Under the pieces are notes generated by a model. That model was not told the DNA's origin, did not search any database, and was given only the letters and a program-made list of their open reading frames with translations. From positions 110,298,001 through 110,362,000 of the forward strand of contig OZ024744.1 in assembly GCA_964016885.1 (NCBI GenBank): DNA of 64,000 bases, in the 5' to 3' direction. Below, piece after piece: positions 42,201 through 57,800 of the stretch; positions within the stretch are counted from its first letter, which is position 1, and the number at the start of each line of letters is the position of its first letter. This DNA comes from Eledone cirrhosa. Taxonomy: Eukaryota. The translations under genes and the position numbers were made by a program.

Positions 42201-45200
42201 AACTACACAATCCACTATAACTTACCTTGCCCTGAACACAGTAAAACTACACAATCCACTATAAATTACGTTGCCCTGAACATACTAAAACTACACAATC
42301 TTCTATAACTTACCTTGCCCTGAACACAGTAAAACTACACAATCCACTATAACATTCCTTGCCCTGAACACAGTAAAACTACACAACCCACTATAACATA
42401 CCTTGCCCTGAACACAGTAAAACTACACAATCCACTGTAACTTACCTTGCCCTGAACACAGTAAAACTACACAATCCACTATAACTTACCTTGCCCTGAA
42501 CACAGTAAAACTACATAATCCACTATAACTTACCTTGCCCTGAACACAGTAAAACTACACAATCCACTATAACTTACCTTGCCCTGAACACAGTAAAACA
42601 ACACAATCCACTATAAATTACCTTGCCCTGAACACAGTAAAACTACACAATCCACTATAACTTACCTTGCCCTGAACACAGTAAAACTACACAATCCACT
42701 ATAACTTACCTTGCCCTGAACACTGTAAAACTACATAATCCACTATAACTTACCTTGCCCTGAAACAGTAAAACTACACAAACCACTATAACTTACCTTG
42801 CCCTGAACACAGTAAAACTACACAATCCACTATAACTTACCTTGCACTGAACACAGTAAAACTACACAATCCACTATAACTTACCTTGCCCTGAACACAG
42901 TAAAACTACACAATCCACTATAACTTACCTTGCCCTGAACACAGTAAAACTACACGATCCACTATAACTTACCTTGCCCTGAACACAGTAAAACTACACG
43001 ATCCACTATAACTTACCTTGCCCTGAACACAGTAAAACTACACAATCCACTATAACTAACCTTGCTCTGAACACAGTAAAACTATACAATCCACCATAAC
43101 TTACCTTGACCTGAACAGAGTAAAACTACACAATCCACTATAACTTACCTTGCACTGGACACAGTAAAACTACACAACCCACTATAACTTACCTTGCCCT
43201 GAACACACTAAAACTACACAATCCACTATAACTTACCTTGCACTGGACACAGTAAAACTACACAACCCACTATAACTTACCTTGCCCTGAACACACTAAA
43301 ACTACACAATCCACTATAACTTAACTGGCCCTGAACACAGTAAAACTACACAATCCACCATAAATTACATTGCCCTGAACAGGGTAAAACTACACAATCC
43401 ACTATAACTTACCTTGACCTGAACAGAGTAAAACTACACAATCCACTATAACTTACCTTGACCTGAACAGAGTAAAACTACACAATCCACTATAACTTAC
43501 CTTGACCTGAACAGAGTAAAACTACACAATCCACTATAAATTACCTTGCCTTGAACACAGTAAAATTACACATTCCACTATAACTAAACTTGCCCCGAAC
43601 ACAGTAAAACTACACAATCCACTATAACTTACCTTGCTCTGAACACAGTAAAACTACACAATCCACTATAACTTACCTTGCCCTGAACACAGTAAAACTA
43701 CGTAATCCACTATAACTTACCTTGCCCTGAACACAGTAAAACTACACAATCCACTATAATTTACCTTGCCCTGAACACAGTAAAACTACACAATCCACTA
43801 TAACTGACCTTGGTCTGAACACAGTAAAACTACACAATCCACTATAACTTACCTTGCTCTGAACACAGTAAAACTACACAATCCACTATAACTTACCTTG
43901 CCCTGAACACAGTAAAACTACACAATCCACCATAACTTACCTTGCCCTGAACACAGTAAAAGAACACAATCTTCTATAACTTACCTTGCCCTGAATACAG
44001 TAAAACTACACAATCCCCTATACCTTACCTTGCTCTGAACACAGTAAAACTACACAATCCACTATAACTTACCTTGCCCTGAACACAGTAAAACTACACG
44101 ATCCACTATAACTTAAATTGCCCTGAACTCAGTAAAACTACATAATCCACTGTAACTTACCTTGCCCTGAACACAGTAAAAGTACACAACCCACTATAAA
44201 TTACCTTGCTCTGAACACAGCAAAACTACACAATCCACTATAACATACCTTGCCCTGAACACAGTAAAACTACACAATCCACTATAACTTACCTTGCCCT
44301 GAACACAGTAAAAGTACATAATCCACTATAACTTACCTTGCTCTGAACACAGTATAACTTACCTTGCTCTGAACACAGTAAAACTACACGATCCAATTTA
44401 ACTTACCTTGCATTGAACACAGTAAAACTACACAATCCACTATAACTTACCTTGCTCTGAACACAGTAAAACTACATAATCCACTATAACTTACCTTGCC
44501 CTGAACACAGTAAAACTAACACAATCCACTATAACGTACCTTGACCTGAACACAGTAAAACTACACAATCCACTATAAATTACGTTTCCATGAACATACT
44601 AAAACTACACAATCTTCTATAACTTACCTTGCCCTGAACACAGTAAAACTACACAATCCACTATAACTTACCTTGCCCTGAACACAGTAAAACTACACAA
44701 TCCACTATAACTTACCTTGCCCTGAACACAGTAATACTACACAACACACTATAACTTACCTTGCCCTGAACACAGTAAAACTACAAGATCCACTATAACT
44801 TACCTTGCTCTGAACACAGTAAAACTACACAATCCACTATAAATTACGTTGCCCTGAACACAGTAAGACTACACAATCTTCTATAACTTACCTTGCCCTG
44901 AACACAGTAAAACTACACAATCCACTATAACTTACCTTGCTCTGGACACAGTAAAACTACACAACCCACTATAACTTACCTTGCCCTGAACACACTAAAA
45001 CTACACAATCCACTATAACTTACCTTGCACTGGACACAGTAAAACTACACAACCCACTATAACTTACCTTGCCCTGAACACACTAAAACTACACAATCCA
45101 CTATAACTTAACTGGCCCTGAACACAGTAAAACTACACAATCCACCATAAATTACATTGCCCTGAACAGGGTAAAACTACACAATCCACTATAACTTACC

Positions 45201-48200
45201 TTGACCTGAACAGAGTAAAACTACACAATCCACTATAACTTACCTTGACCTGAACAGAGTAAAACTACACAATCCACTATAACTTACCTTGACCTGAACA
45301 GAGTAAAACTACACAATCCACTATAAATTACCTTGCCTTGAACACAGTAAAATTACACAATCCACTATAACTAAACTTGCCCCCGAACACAGTAAAACTA
45401 CACAATCCACTATAACTTACCTTGCTCTGAACACAGTAAAACTACACAATCCACTATAACTTACCTTGCCGTGAACACAGTAAAACTACGTAATCCACTA
45501 TAACTTACCTTGCCCTGAACACAGTAAAACTACACAATCCACTATAATTTACCTTGCCCTGAACACAGTAAAACTACAAGATCCACTATAACTTACCTTG
45601 CCCTGAACACAGTAAAACTAACACAATCCACTATAACTTACCTTGTCCTGAACACAGTAAAACTACACAATCCACTATAACTTACCTTGCCCTGAACACA
45701 GTAAAACTACACAATCCACTATAAATTACGTTGCCCTGAACATACTAAAACTACACAATCTTCTATAACTTACCTTGCCCTGAACACAGTAAAATTACAC
45801 AATCCACTATAACTTTCCTTGCCCTGAACACAGTAAAACTACACAACCCACTATAACATACCTTGCCCTGAACACAGTAAAACTACACAATCCACTGTAA
45901 CTTACCTTGCCCTGAACACAGTAAAACTACACAATCCACTATAACTTACCTTGCCCTGAACACAGTAAAACTACATAATCCACTATAACTTACCTTGCCC
46001 TGAACACAGTAAAACTACACAATCCACTATAACTTACCTTGCCCTGAACACAGTAAAACAACACAATCCACTATAAATTACCTTGCCCTGAACACAGTAA
46101 AACTACACAATCCACTATAACTTACCTTGCCCTGAACACAGTAAAACTACACAATCCACTATAACTTACCTTGGCCTGAACACTGTAAAACTACATAATC
46201 CACTATAACTTACCTTGCCCTGAAACAGTAAAACTACACAAACCACTATAACTTACCTTGCCCTGAACACAGTAAAACTACACAATCCACTATAACTTAC
46301 CTTGCACTGAACACAGTAAAACTACACAATCCACTATAACTTACCTTGCCCTGAACACAGTAAAACTACGTAATCCACTATAACTTACCTTGCCCTGAAC
46401 ACAGTAAAACTAACACAATCCACTATAACTTACCTTGTCCTGAACACAGTAAAACTACACAATCCACTATAACTTACCTTGCCCTGAACACAGTAAAACT
46501 ACACAATCCACTATAAATTACGTTGCCCTGAACATACTAAAACTACACAATCTTCTATAACTTACCTTGCCCTGAACACAGTAAAATTACACAATCCACT
46601 ATAACTTTCCTTGCCCTAAACACAGTAAAACTACACAACCCACTATAACATACCTTGCCCTGAACACAGTAAAACTACACAATCCACTATAAATTACCTT
46701 GCCCTGAACACAGTAAAACTACACAATCCACTATAACTTAACTTGCCCTGAACACAGTAAAACTACACAATCCACTATAACTTACCTTGCCCTGAACACT
46801 GTAAAACTACATAATCCACTATAACTTACCTTGCCCTGAAACAGTAAAACTACACAAACCACTATAACTTACCTTGCCCTGAACACAGTAAAACTACACA
46901 ATCCACTATAACTTACCTTGCACTGAACACAGTAAAACTACACAATCCACTATAACTTACCTTGCCCTGAACACAGTAAAACTACACAATCCACTATAAC
47001 TTACCTTGCCCTGAACACAGTAAAACTACACGATCCACTATAACTTACCTTGCCCTGAACACAGTAAAACTACACGATCCACTATAACTTACCTTGCCCT
47101 GAACACAGTAAAACTACACAATCCACTATAACTAACCTTGCTCTGAACACAGTAAAACTATACAATCCACCATAACTTACCTTGCCCTGAACACACTAAA
47201 ACTACACAATCCACTATAACTTACCTTGCACTGGACACAGTAAAACTACACAACCCACTATAACTTACCTTGCCCTGAACACACTAAAACTACACAATCC
47301 ACTATAACTTAACTGGCCCTGAACACAGTAAAACTACACAATCCACCATAAATTACATTGCCCTGAACAGGGTAAAACTACACAATCCACTATAACTTAC
47401 CTTGACCTGAACAGAGTAAAACTACACAATCCACTATAACTTACCTTGACCTGAACAGAGTAAAACTACACAATCCACTATAACTTACCTTGACCTGAAC
47501 AGAGTAAAACTACACAATCCACTATAAATTACCTTGCCTTGAACACAGTAAAATTACACAATCCACTATAACTAAACTTGCCCCGAACACAGTAAAACTA
47601 CACAATCCACTATAACTTACCTTGCTCTGAACACAGTAAAACTACACAATCCACTATAACTTACCTTGACCTGAACACAGTAAAACTACGTAATCCACTA
47701 TAACTTACCTTGCCCTGAACACAGTAAAACTACACAATCCACTATAATTTACCTTGCCCTGAACACAGTAAAACTACACAATCCACTATAACTGACCTTG
47801 GTCTGAACACAGTAAAACTACACAATCCACTATAACTTACCTTGCTCTGAACACAGTAAAACTACACAATCCACTATAACTTACCTTGCCCTGAACACAG
47901 AAAAACTACACAATCCACCATAACTTACCTTGCCCTGAACACAGTAAAAGAACACAATCTTCTATAACTTACCTTGCCCTGAATACAGTAAAACTACACA
48001 ATCCCCTATACCTTACCTTGCTCTGAACACAGTAAAACTACACAATCCACTATAACTTACCTTGCCCTGAACACAGTAAAACTACACAATCCACTATAAC
48101 TTAAATTGCCCTGAACTCAGTAAAACTACATAATCCACTGTAACTTACCTTGCCCTGAACACAGTAAAAGTACACAACCCACTATAAATTACCTTGCTCT

Positions 48201-51200
48201 GAACACAGCAAAACTACACAATCCACTATAACTTACCTTGCCCTGAACACAGTAAAACTACACAATCCACTATAACTTACCTTGCCCTGAACACAGTAAA
48301 AGTACATAATCCACTATAACTTACCTTGCTCTGAACACAGTATAACTTACCTTGCTCTGAACACAGTAAAACTACACGATCCAATTTAACTTACCTTGCA
48401 TTGAACACAGTAAAACTACACAATCCACTATAACTTACCTTGCTCTGAACACAGTAAAACTACATAATCCACTATAACTTACATTGCCCTGAACACAGTA
48501 AAACTAACACAATCCACTATAACGTACCTTGACCTGAACACAGTAAAACTACACAATCCACTATAAATTACGTTTCCATGAACATACTAAAACTACACAA
48601 TCTTCTATAACTTACCTTGCCCTGAACACAGTAAAACTACACAATCCACTGTAACTTACCTTGCCCTGAACACAGTAAAACTGCAGAATCCACTATAACT
48701 TACCTTGCCCTGAACACAGTAATACTACACAACACACTATAACTTACCTTGCCCTGAACACAGTAAAACTACACAATCCACTATAACTTACCTTGCCCTG
48801 AACACAGTAAAACTACACAATCCACTTCAACTTACCTTGCTCTGAACACAGTAAAACTACACAATCCACTATAACTTACCTTGCCCTGAACACAGTAAAA
48901 CTACAAGATCCACTATAACTTACCTTGCTCTGAACACAGTAAAACTACACAATCCACTATAAATTACGTTGCCCTGAACACAGTAAGACTACACAATCTT
49001 CTATAACTTACCTTGCCCTGAACACAGTAAAACTACACAATCCACTATAACTTACCTTGCCCTGAACACAGTAAAACTACACAATCCACTATAACTTACC
49101 TTGCCCTGAACACAGTAAAACTACACAATCCACTATAAATTACGTTGCCCTGAACATACTAAAACTACACAATCTTCTATAACTTACCTTGCCCTGAACA
49201 CAGAAAAACTACACGATCCACTATAACTTTCCTTGCCCTGAACACAGTAAAACTACACAACCCACTATAACATACCTTGCTCTGAACACAGTAAAACTAC
49301 ACAATCCACTGTAACTTACCTTGCCCTGCACACAGTAAAACTACACAATCCACTATAACTTACCTTGCCCTGAACACAGTAAAACTGTATAATCCACTAT
49401 AACTTACCTTGCCCTGAACACAGTAAAACCACACAATCCACTATAACTTACCTTGCCCTGAACACAGTAAAACTACACAATCCACTATAACTTACCTTGC
49501 CCTGAACACAGTAAAACTACACAATCCACTATAACTTACCTTGCCCTGAACACAGTAAAACTACATGATCCACTATAACTTACCTTGCCCTGAACACAGT
49601 AAAACTACACGATCCACTATAACTTACCTTGCCCTGAACACAGTAAAAACTACACAATCCACTATAACTAACCTTGCTCGGAACACAGTAAAACTATACG
49701 ATCCACCATAATTTACCTTGCCCTGAACACAGTAAAGCCACACAATCCACTATAACTTACCTTGACCTGAACAGAGTAAAACTACACAATCCACTATAAC
49801 TTACCTTGCACTGAAAACAGTAAAACTACACAACCCACTATAACTTACCTTGCCCAGAACATAGTAAAAGAACGTAATCCACTATAACTTACCTTCCTTT
49901 GAACACAGTAAAACTACACAATCCACTATAATTTACCTTGCCCTGAACACAGTAAAACTACAAGATCCACTATAACTTACCTTGCTCTGAATACAGTAAA
50001 ACTACATAATCCACTATAACTTACCTTGCCCTGAACACAGTAAAACTAACACAATCCACTATAACTTACCTTGTCCTGAACACAGTAAAACTACACAATC
50101 CACTATAACTTACCTTGCCCTGAACACAGTAAAACTACACAATCCACTATAAATTACGTTGCCCTGAACATACTAAAACTACACAATCTTCTATAACTTA
50201 CCTTGCCCTGAACACAGTAAAACTACACAATCCACTATAACTTTCCTTGCCCTGAACACAGTAAAACTACACAACCCACTATAACATACCTTGCCCTGAA
50301 CACAGTAAAACTACACAATCCACTGTAACTTACCTTGCCCTGAACACAGTAAAACTACACAATCCACTATAACTTACCTTGCCCTGAACACAGTAAAACT
50401 ACATAATCCACTATAACTTACCTTGCCCTGAACACAGTAAAACTACACAATCCACTATAACTTACCTTGCCCTGAACACAGTAAAACAACACAATCCACT
50501 ATAAATTACCTTGCCCTGAACACAGTAAAACTACACAACCCACTATAACTTACCTTGCCCTGAACACAGTAAAACTACACAATCCACTATAACTTACCTT
50601 GCCCTGAACACTGTAAAACTACATAATCCACTATAACTTACCTTGCCCTGAAACAGTAAAACTACACAAACCACTATAACTTACCTTGTCCTGAACACAG
50701 TAAAACTACACAATCCACTATAACTTACCTTGCAGTGAACACAGTAAAACTACACAATCCACTATAACTTACCTTGCCCTGAACACAGTAAAACTACACA
50801 ATCCACTATAACTTACCTTGCCCTGAACACAGTAAAACTACACGATCCACTATAACTTACCTTGCCCTGAACACAGTAAAACTACACGATCCACTATAAC
50901 TTACCTTGCCCTGAACACAGTAAAACTACACAATCCACTATAACTAACCTTGCTCTGAACACAGTAAAACTATACAATCCACCATAACTTACCTTGACCT
51001 GAACAGAGTAAAACTACACAATCCACTATAACTTACCTTGCACTGGACACAGTAAAACTACACAACCCACTATAACTTACCTTGCCCTGAACACACTAAA
51101 ACTACACAATCCACTATAACTTACCTTGCACTGGACACAGTAAAACTACACAACCCACTATAACTTACCTTGCCCTGAACACACTAAAACTACACAATCC

Positions 51201-52009
51201 ACTATAACTTAACTGGCCCTGAACACAGTAAAACTACACAATCCACCATAAATTACATTGCCCTGAACAGGGTAAAACTACACAATCCACTATAACTTAC
51301 CTTGACCTGAACAGAGTAAAACTACACAATCCACTATAACTTACCTTGACCTGAACAGAGTAAAACTACACAATCCACTATAACTTACCTTGACCTGAAC
51401 AGAGTAAAACTACACAATCCACTATAAATTACCTTGCCTTGAACACAGTAAAATTACACAATCCACTATAACTAAACTTGCCCAGAACACAGTAAAACTA
51501 CACAATCCACTATAACTCACCTTGCTCTGAACACAGTAAAACTACACAATCCACTATAACTTACCTTGCCCTGAACACAGTAAAACTACGTAATCCACTA
51601 TAACTTACCTTGCCCTGAACACAGTAAAACTACACAATCCACTATAATTTACCTTGCCCTGAACACAGTAAAACTACACAATCCACTATAACTGACCTTG
51701 GTCTGAACACAGTAAAACTACACAATCCACTATAACTTACCTTGCTCTGAACACAGTAAAACTACACAATCCACTATAACTTACCTTGCCCTGAACACAG
51801 TAAAACTACACAATCCACCATAACTTACCTTGCCCTGAACACAGTAAAAGAACACAATCTTCTATAACTTACCTTGCCCTGAATACAGTAAAACTACACA
51901 ATCCCCTATACCTTACCTTGCTCTGAACACAGTAAAACTACACAATCCACTATAACTTACCTTGCCCTGAACACAGTAAAACTACACAATCCACTATAAC
52001 TTAAATTGC

Positions 52010-53660
52010 CCTGAACTCAGTAAAACTACATAATCCACTGTAACTTACCTTGCCCTGAACACAGTAAAAGTACACAACCCACTATAAATTACCTTGCTCT
52101 GAACACAGCAAAACTACACAATCCACTATAACTTACCTTGCCCTGAACACAGTAAAACTACACAATCCACTATAACTTACCTTGCCCTGAACACAGTAAA
52201 AGTACATAATCCACTATAACTTACCTTGCTCTGAACACAGTATAACTTACCTTGCTCTGAACACAGTAAAACTACACGATCCAATTTAACTTACCTTGCA
52301 TTGAACACAGTAAAACTACACAATCCACTATAACTTACCTTGCTCTGAACACAGTAAAACTACACAATCCACTATAAATTACGTTTCCATGAACATACTA
52401 AAACTACACAATCTTCTATAACTTACCTTGCCCTGAACACAGTAAAACTACACAATCCACTATAACTTACCTTGCCCTGAACACAGTAAAACTACACAAT
52501 CCACTATAACTTACCTTGCCCTGAACACAGTAATACTACACAACACACTATAACTTACCTTGCCCTGAACACAGTAAAACTACACAATCCACTATAACTT
52601 ACCTTGCCCTGAACACAGTAAAACTACACAATCCACTTCAACTTACCTTGCTCTGAACACAGTAAAACTACACAATCCACTATAACTTACCTTGCCCTGA
52701 ACACAGTAAAACTAAAAGATCCACTATAACTTACCTTGCTCTGAACACAGTAAAACTACACAATCCACTATAAATTACGTTGCCCTGAACACAGTAAGAC
52801 TACACAATCTTCAAATAACTTACCTTGCCCTGAACACAGTAAAACTACATAATCCACTGTAACTTACCTTGCCCTGAACACAGTAAAAGTACACAACCCA
52901 CTATAAATTACCTTGCTCTGAACACAGCAAAACTACACAATCCACTATAACTTACCTTGCCCTGAACACAGTAAAACTACACAATCCACTATAACTTACC
53001 TTGCCCTGAACACAGTAAAAGTACATAATCCACTATAACTTACCTTGCTCTGAACACAGTATAACTTACCTTGCTCTGAACACAGTAAAACTACACGATC
53101 CAATTTAACTTACCTTGCATTGAACACAGTAAAACTACACAATCCACTATAACTTACCTTGCTCTGAACACAGTAAAACTACACAATCCACTATAAATTA
53201 CGTTTCCATGAACATACTAAAACTACACAATCTTCTATAACTTACCTTGCCCTGAACACAGTAAAACTACACAATCCACTATAACTTACCTTGCCCTGAA
53301 CACAGTAAAACTACACAATCCACTATAACTTACCTTGCCCTGAACACAGTAATACTACACAACACACTATAACTTACCTTGCCCTGAACACAGTAAAACT
53401 ACACAATCCACTATAACTTACCTTGCCCTGAACACAGTAAAACTACACAATCCACTTCAACTTACCTTGCTCTGAACACAGTAAAACTACACAATCCACT
53501 ATAACTTACCTTGCCCTGAACACAGTAAAACTAAAAGATCCACTATAACTTACCTTGCTCTGAACACAGTAAAACTACACAATCCACTATAAATTACGTT
53601 GCCCTGAACACAGTAAGACTACACAATCTTCAAATAACTTACCTTGCCCTGAACACAGTA
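52010..53660. repeat. Near-perfect 819-bp tandem duplication (19 monomers, including one 26-bp and one 45-bp variant)
   Basis: The 18-bp deletion junction lies at ~52239/53058 and TCAAATA at 52811/53630. Confidence 0.88.
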
Positions 53661-54849
53661 AAACTACACAATCCACTATAAATTACCTTGCCATGAACAC
53701 GGTAACACTACACAATCCACTATAACTTACCTTGCCCTGAACACAGTAAAACTACACAATCCACTATAACTTACCTTGCACTGGACACAGTAAAACTACA
53801 CAACCCACTATAACTTACCTTGCCCTGAACACACTAAAACTACACAATCCACTATAACTTAACTGGCCCTGAACACAGTAAAACTACACAATCCACCATA
53901 AATTACCTTGCCCTGAACAGAGTAAAACTACACAATCCACTATAACTTACCTTGACCTGAACAGAGTAAAACTACACAATCCACTATAACTTACCTTGAC
54001 CTGAACAGAGTAAAACTACACAATCCACTATAACTTACCTTGACCTGAACAGAGTAAAACTACACAATCCACTATAACTTACCTTGACCTGAACAGAGTA
54101 AAACTACACAATCCACTATAACTTACCTTGCCCTGAACACAGTAAAACTACACAATCCACTATAACTTACCTTGACCTGAACAGAGTAAAACTACACAAT
54201 CCACTATAACTTACCTTGCACTGAAAACGGTAAAACTACACAACCCACTATAACTTACCTTGCCCTGAACATAGTAAAAGAACGTAATCCACTATAACTT
54301 ACCTTCCTTTGAACACAGTAAAACTACACAATCCACTATAATTTACCTTGCCCTGAACACAGTAAAACTACAAGATCCACTATAACTTACCTTGCTCTGA
54401 ACACAGTAAAACTACATAATCCACTATAACTTACCTTGCCCTGAACACAGTAAAACTAACACAATCGACTATAACTTACCTTGCCCTGAACACAGTAAAA
54501 CTACACAATCGACTATAACCTACCTTGCCCTGAACACAGTAAAACTACACAATCCACTATAAATTACGTTGCCCTGAACATACTAAAACTACACAATCTT
54601 CTATAACTTACCTTGCCCTGAACACAGTAAAACTACACAATCCACTATAACTTTCCTTGCCCTGAACACAGTAAAACTACACAACCCACTATAACATACC
54701 TTGCCCTGAACACAGTAAAACTACACAATCCACTGTAACTTACCTTGCCCTGAACACAGTAAAACTACACAATCCACTATAACTTACCTTGCCCTGAACA
54801 CAGTAAAACTGCATAATCCACTATAACTTACCTTGCCCTGAACACAGTA

Positions 54850-57800
54850 AAAGTACACAACCCACTATAAATTACCTTGCTCTGAACACAGCAAAACTAC
54901 ACAATCCACTATAACTTACCTTGCCCTGAACACAGTAAAACTACACAATCCACTATAACTTACCTTGCCCTGAACACAGTAAAAGTACATAATCCACTAT
55001 AACTTACCTTGCTCTGAACACAGTATAACTTACCTTGCTCTGAACACAGTAAAACTACACGATCCAATTTAACTTACCTTGCATTGAACACAGTAAAACT
55101 ACACAATCCACTATAACTTACCTTGCTCTGAACACAGTAAAACTACATAATCCACTATAACTTACCTTGCCCTGAACACAGTAAAACTAACACAATCCAC
55201 TATAACGTACCTTGACCTGAACACAGTAAAACTACACAATCCACTATAAATTACGTTTCCATGAACATACTAAAACTACACAATCTTCTATAACTTACCT
55301 TGCCCTGAACACAGTAAAACTACACAATCCACTATAACTTACCTTGCCCTGAACACAGTAAAACTACACAATCCACTATAACTTACCTTGCCCTGAACAC
55401 AGTAATACTACACAACACACTATAACTTACCTTGCCCTGAACACAGTAAAACTACACAATCCACTATAACTTACCTTGCCCTGAACACAGTAAAACTACA
55501 CAATCCACTTCAACTTACCTTGCTCTGAACACAGTAAAACTACACAATCCACTATAACTTACCTTGCCCTGAACACAGTGAAACTAAAAGATCCACTATA
55601 ACTTACCTTGCTCTGAACACAGTAAAACTACACAATCCACTATAAATTACGTTGCCCTGAACACAGTAAGACTACACAATCTTCAAATAACTTACCTTGC
55701 CCTGAACACAGTAAAACTACACAATCCACTATAAATTACCTTGCCATGAACACGGTAAAACTACACAATCCACTATAACTTACCTTGCCCTGAACACAGT
55801 AAAACTACACAATCCACTATAACTTACCTTGCACTGGACACAGTAAAACTACACAACCCACTATAACTTACCTTGCCCTGAACACACTAAAACTACACAA
55901 TCCACTATAACTTAACTGGCCCTGAACACAGTAAAACTACACAATCCACCATAAATTACCTTGCCCTGAACAGAGTAAAACTACACAATCCACTATAACT
56001 TACCTTGACCTGAACAGAGTAAAACTACACAATCCACTATAACTTACCTTGACCTGAACAGAGTAAAACTACACAATCCACTATAACTTACCTTGACCTT
56101 AACAGAGTAAAACTACACAATCCACTATAACTTACCTTGACCTGAACAGAGTAAAACTACACAATCCACTATAACTTACCTTGCCCTGAACACAGTAAAA
56201 CTACACAATCCACTATAACTTACCTTGACCTGAACAGAGTAAAACTACACAATCCACTATAACTTACCTTGCACTGAAAACGGTAAAACTACACAACCCA
56301 CTATAACTTACCTTGCCCTGAACATAGTAAAAGAACGTAATCCACTATAACTTACCTTCCTTTGAACACAGTAAAACTACACAATCCACTATAATTTACC
56401 TTGCCCTGAACACAGTAAAACTACAAGATCCACTATAACTTACCTTGCTCTGAACACAGTAAAACTACATAATCCACTATAACTTACCTTGCCCTGAACA
56501 CAGTAAAACTACACAATCGACTATAACCTACCTTGCCCTGAACACAGTAAAACTACACAATCCACTATAAATTACGTTGCCCTGAACATACTAAAACTAC
56601 ACAATCTTCTATAACTTACCTTGCCCTGAACACAGTAAAACTACACAATCCACTATAACTTTCCTTGCCCTGAACACAGTAAAACTACACAACCCACTAT
56701 AACATACCTTGCCCTGAACACAGTAAAACTACACAATCCACTGTAACTTACCTTGCCCTGAACACAGTAAAACTACACAATCCACTATAACTTACCTTGC
56801 CCTGAACACAGTAAAACTGCATAATCCACTATAACTTACCTTGCCCTGAACACAGTAAAACTACACAATCCACTATAACTTACCTTGCCCTGAACACAGT
56901 AAAACTACACAATCCACTATAAATTACCTTGCCCTGAACACAGTAAAACTACACAATCCACTATAACTTACCTTGCCCTGAACACAGTAAAACTACACAA
57001 TCCACTATAACTTACCTTGCCCTGAACACTGTAAAACTACATAATCCACTATAACTTACCTTGCCCTGAAACAGTAAAACTACACAAACCACTATAACTT
57101 ACCTTGCCCTGAACACAGTAAAACTACACGACCCACTATAACTTACCTTGCCTTGAACACAGTAAAACTACACGATCCACTATAACTTACCTTGCCCTGA
57201 ACACAGTAAAACTACACAATCCACTATAACTAACCTTGCTCTGAACACAGTAAAACTACACAATCCACTATAACTTACCTTGCCCTGAACACAGTAAAAC
57301 TACACAATCCACTATAACTAACCTTGCTCTGAACACAGTAAAACTATACAATCCACCATAACTTACCTTGCCCTGAACACAGTAAAACTACACAATCCAC
57401 TATAACTTACCTTGACCTGAACAGAGTAAAACTACACAATCCACTATAACTTACCTTGCCCTGAACACACTAAAACTACACAATCCACTATAACTTACCT
57501 TGCACTGAAAACAGTAAAACTACACAACCCACTATAACTTACCTTGCTCTGAACACAGTAAAATTACACAATCCACTATAACTTACCTTGCCCTGAACAT
57601 AGTAAAAGAACGTAATCCACTATAACTTACCTTCCTTTGAACACAGTAAAACTACACAATCCACTATAATTTACCTTGCCCTGAACACAGTAAAACTACA
57701 AGATCCACTATAACTTACCTTGCCCTGAACACAGTAAAACTGCATAATCCACTATAACTTACCTTGCCCTGAACACAGTAAAACTACACAATCCACTATA

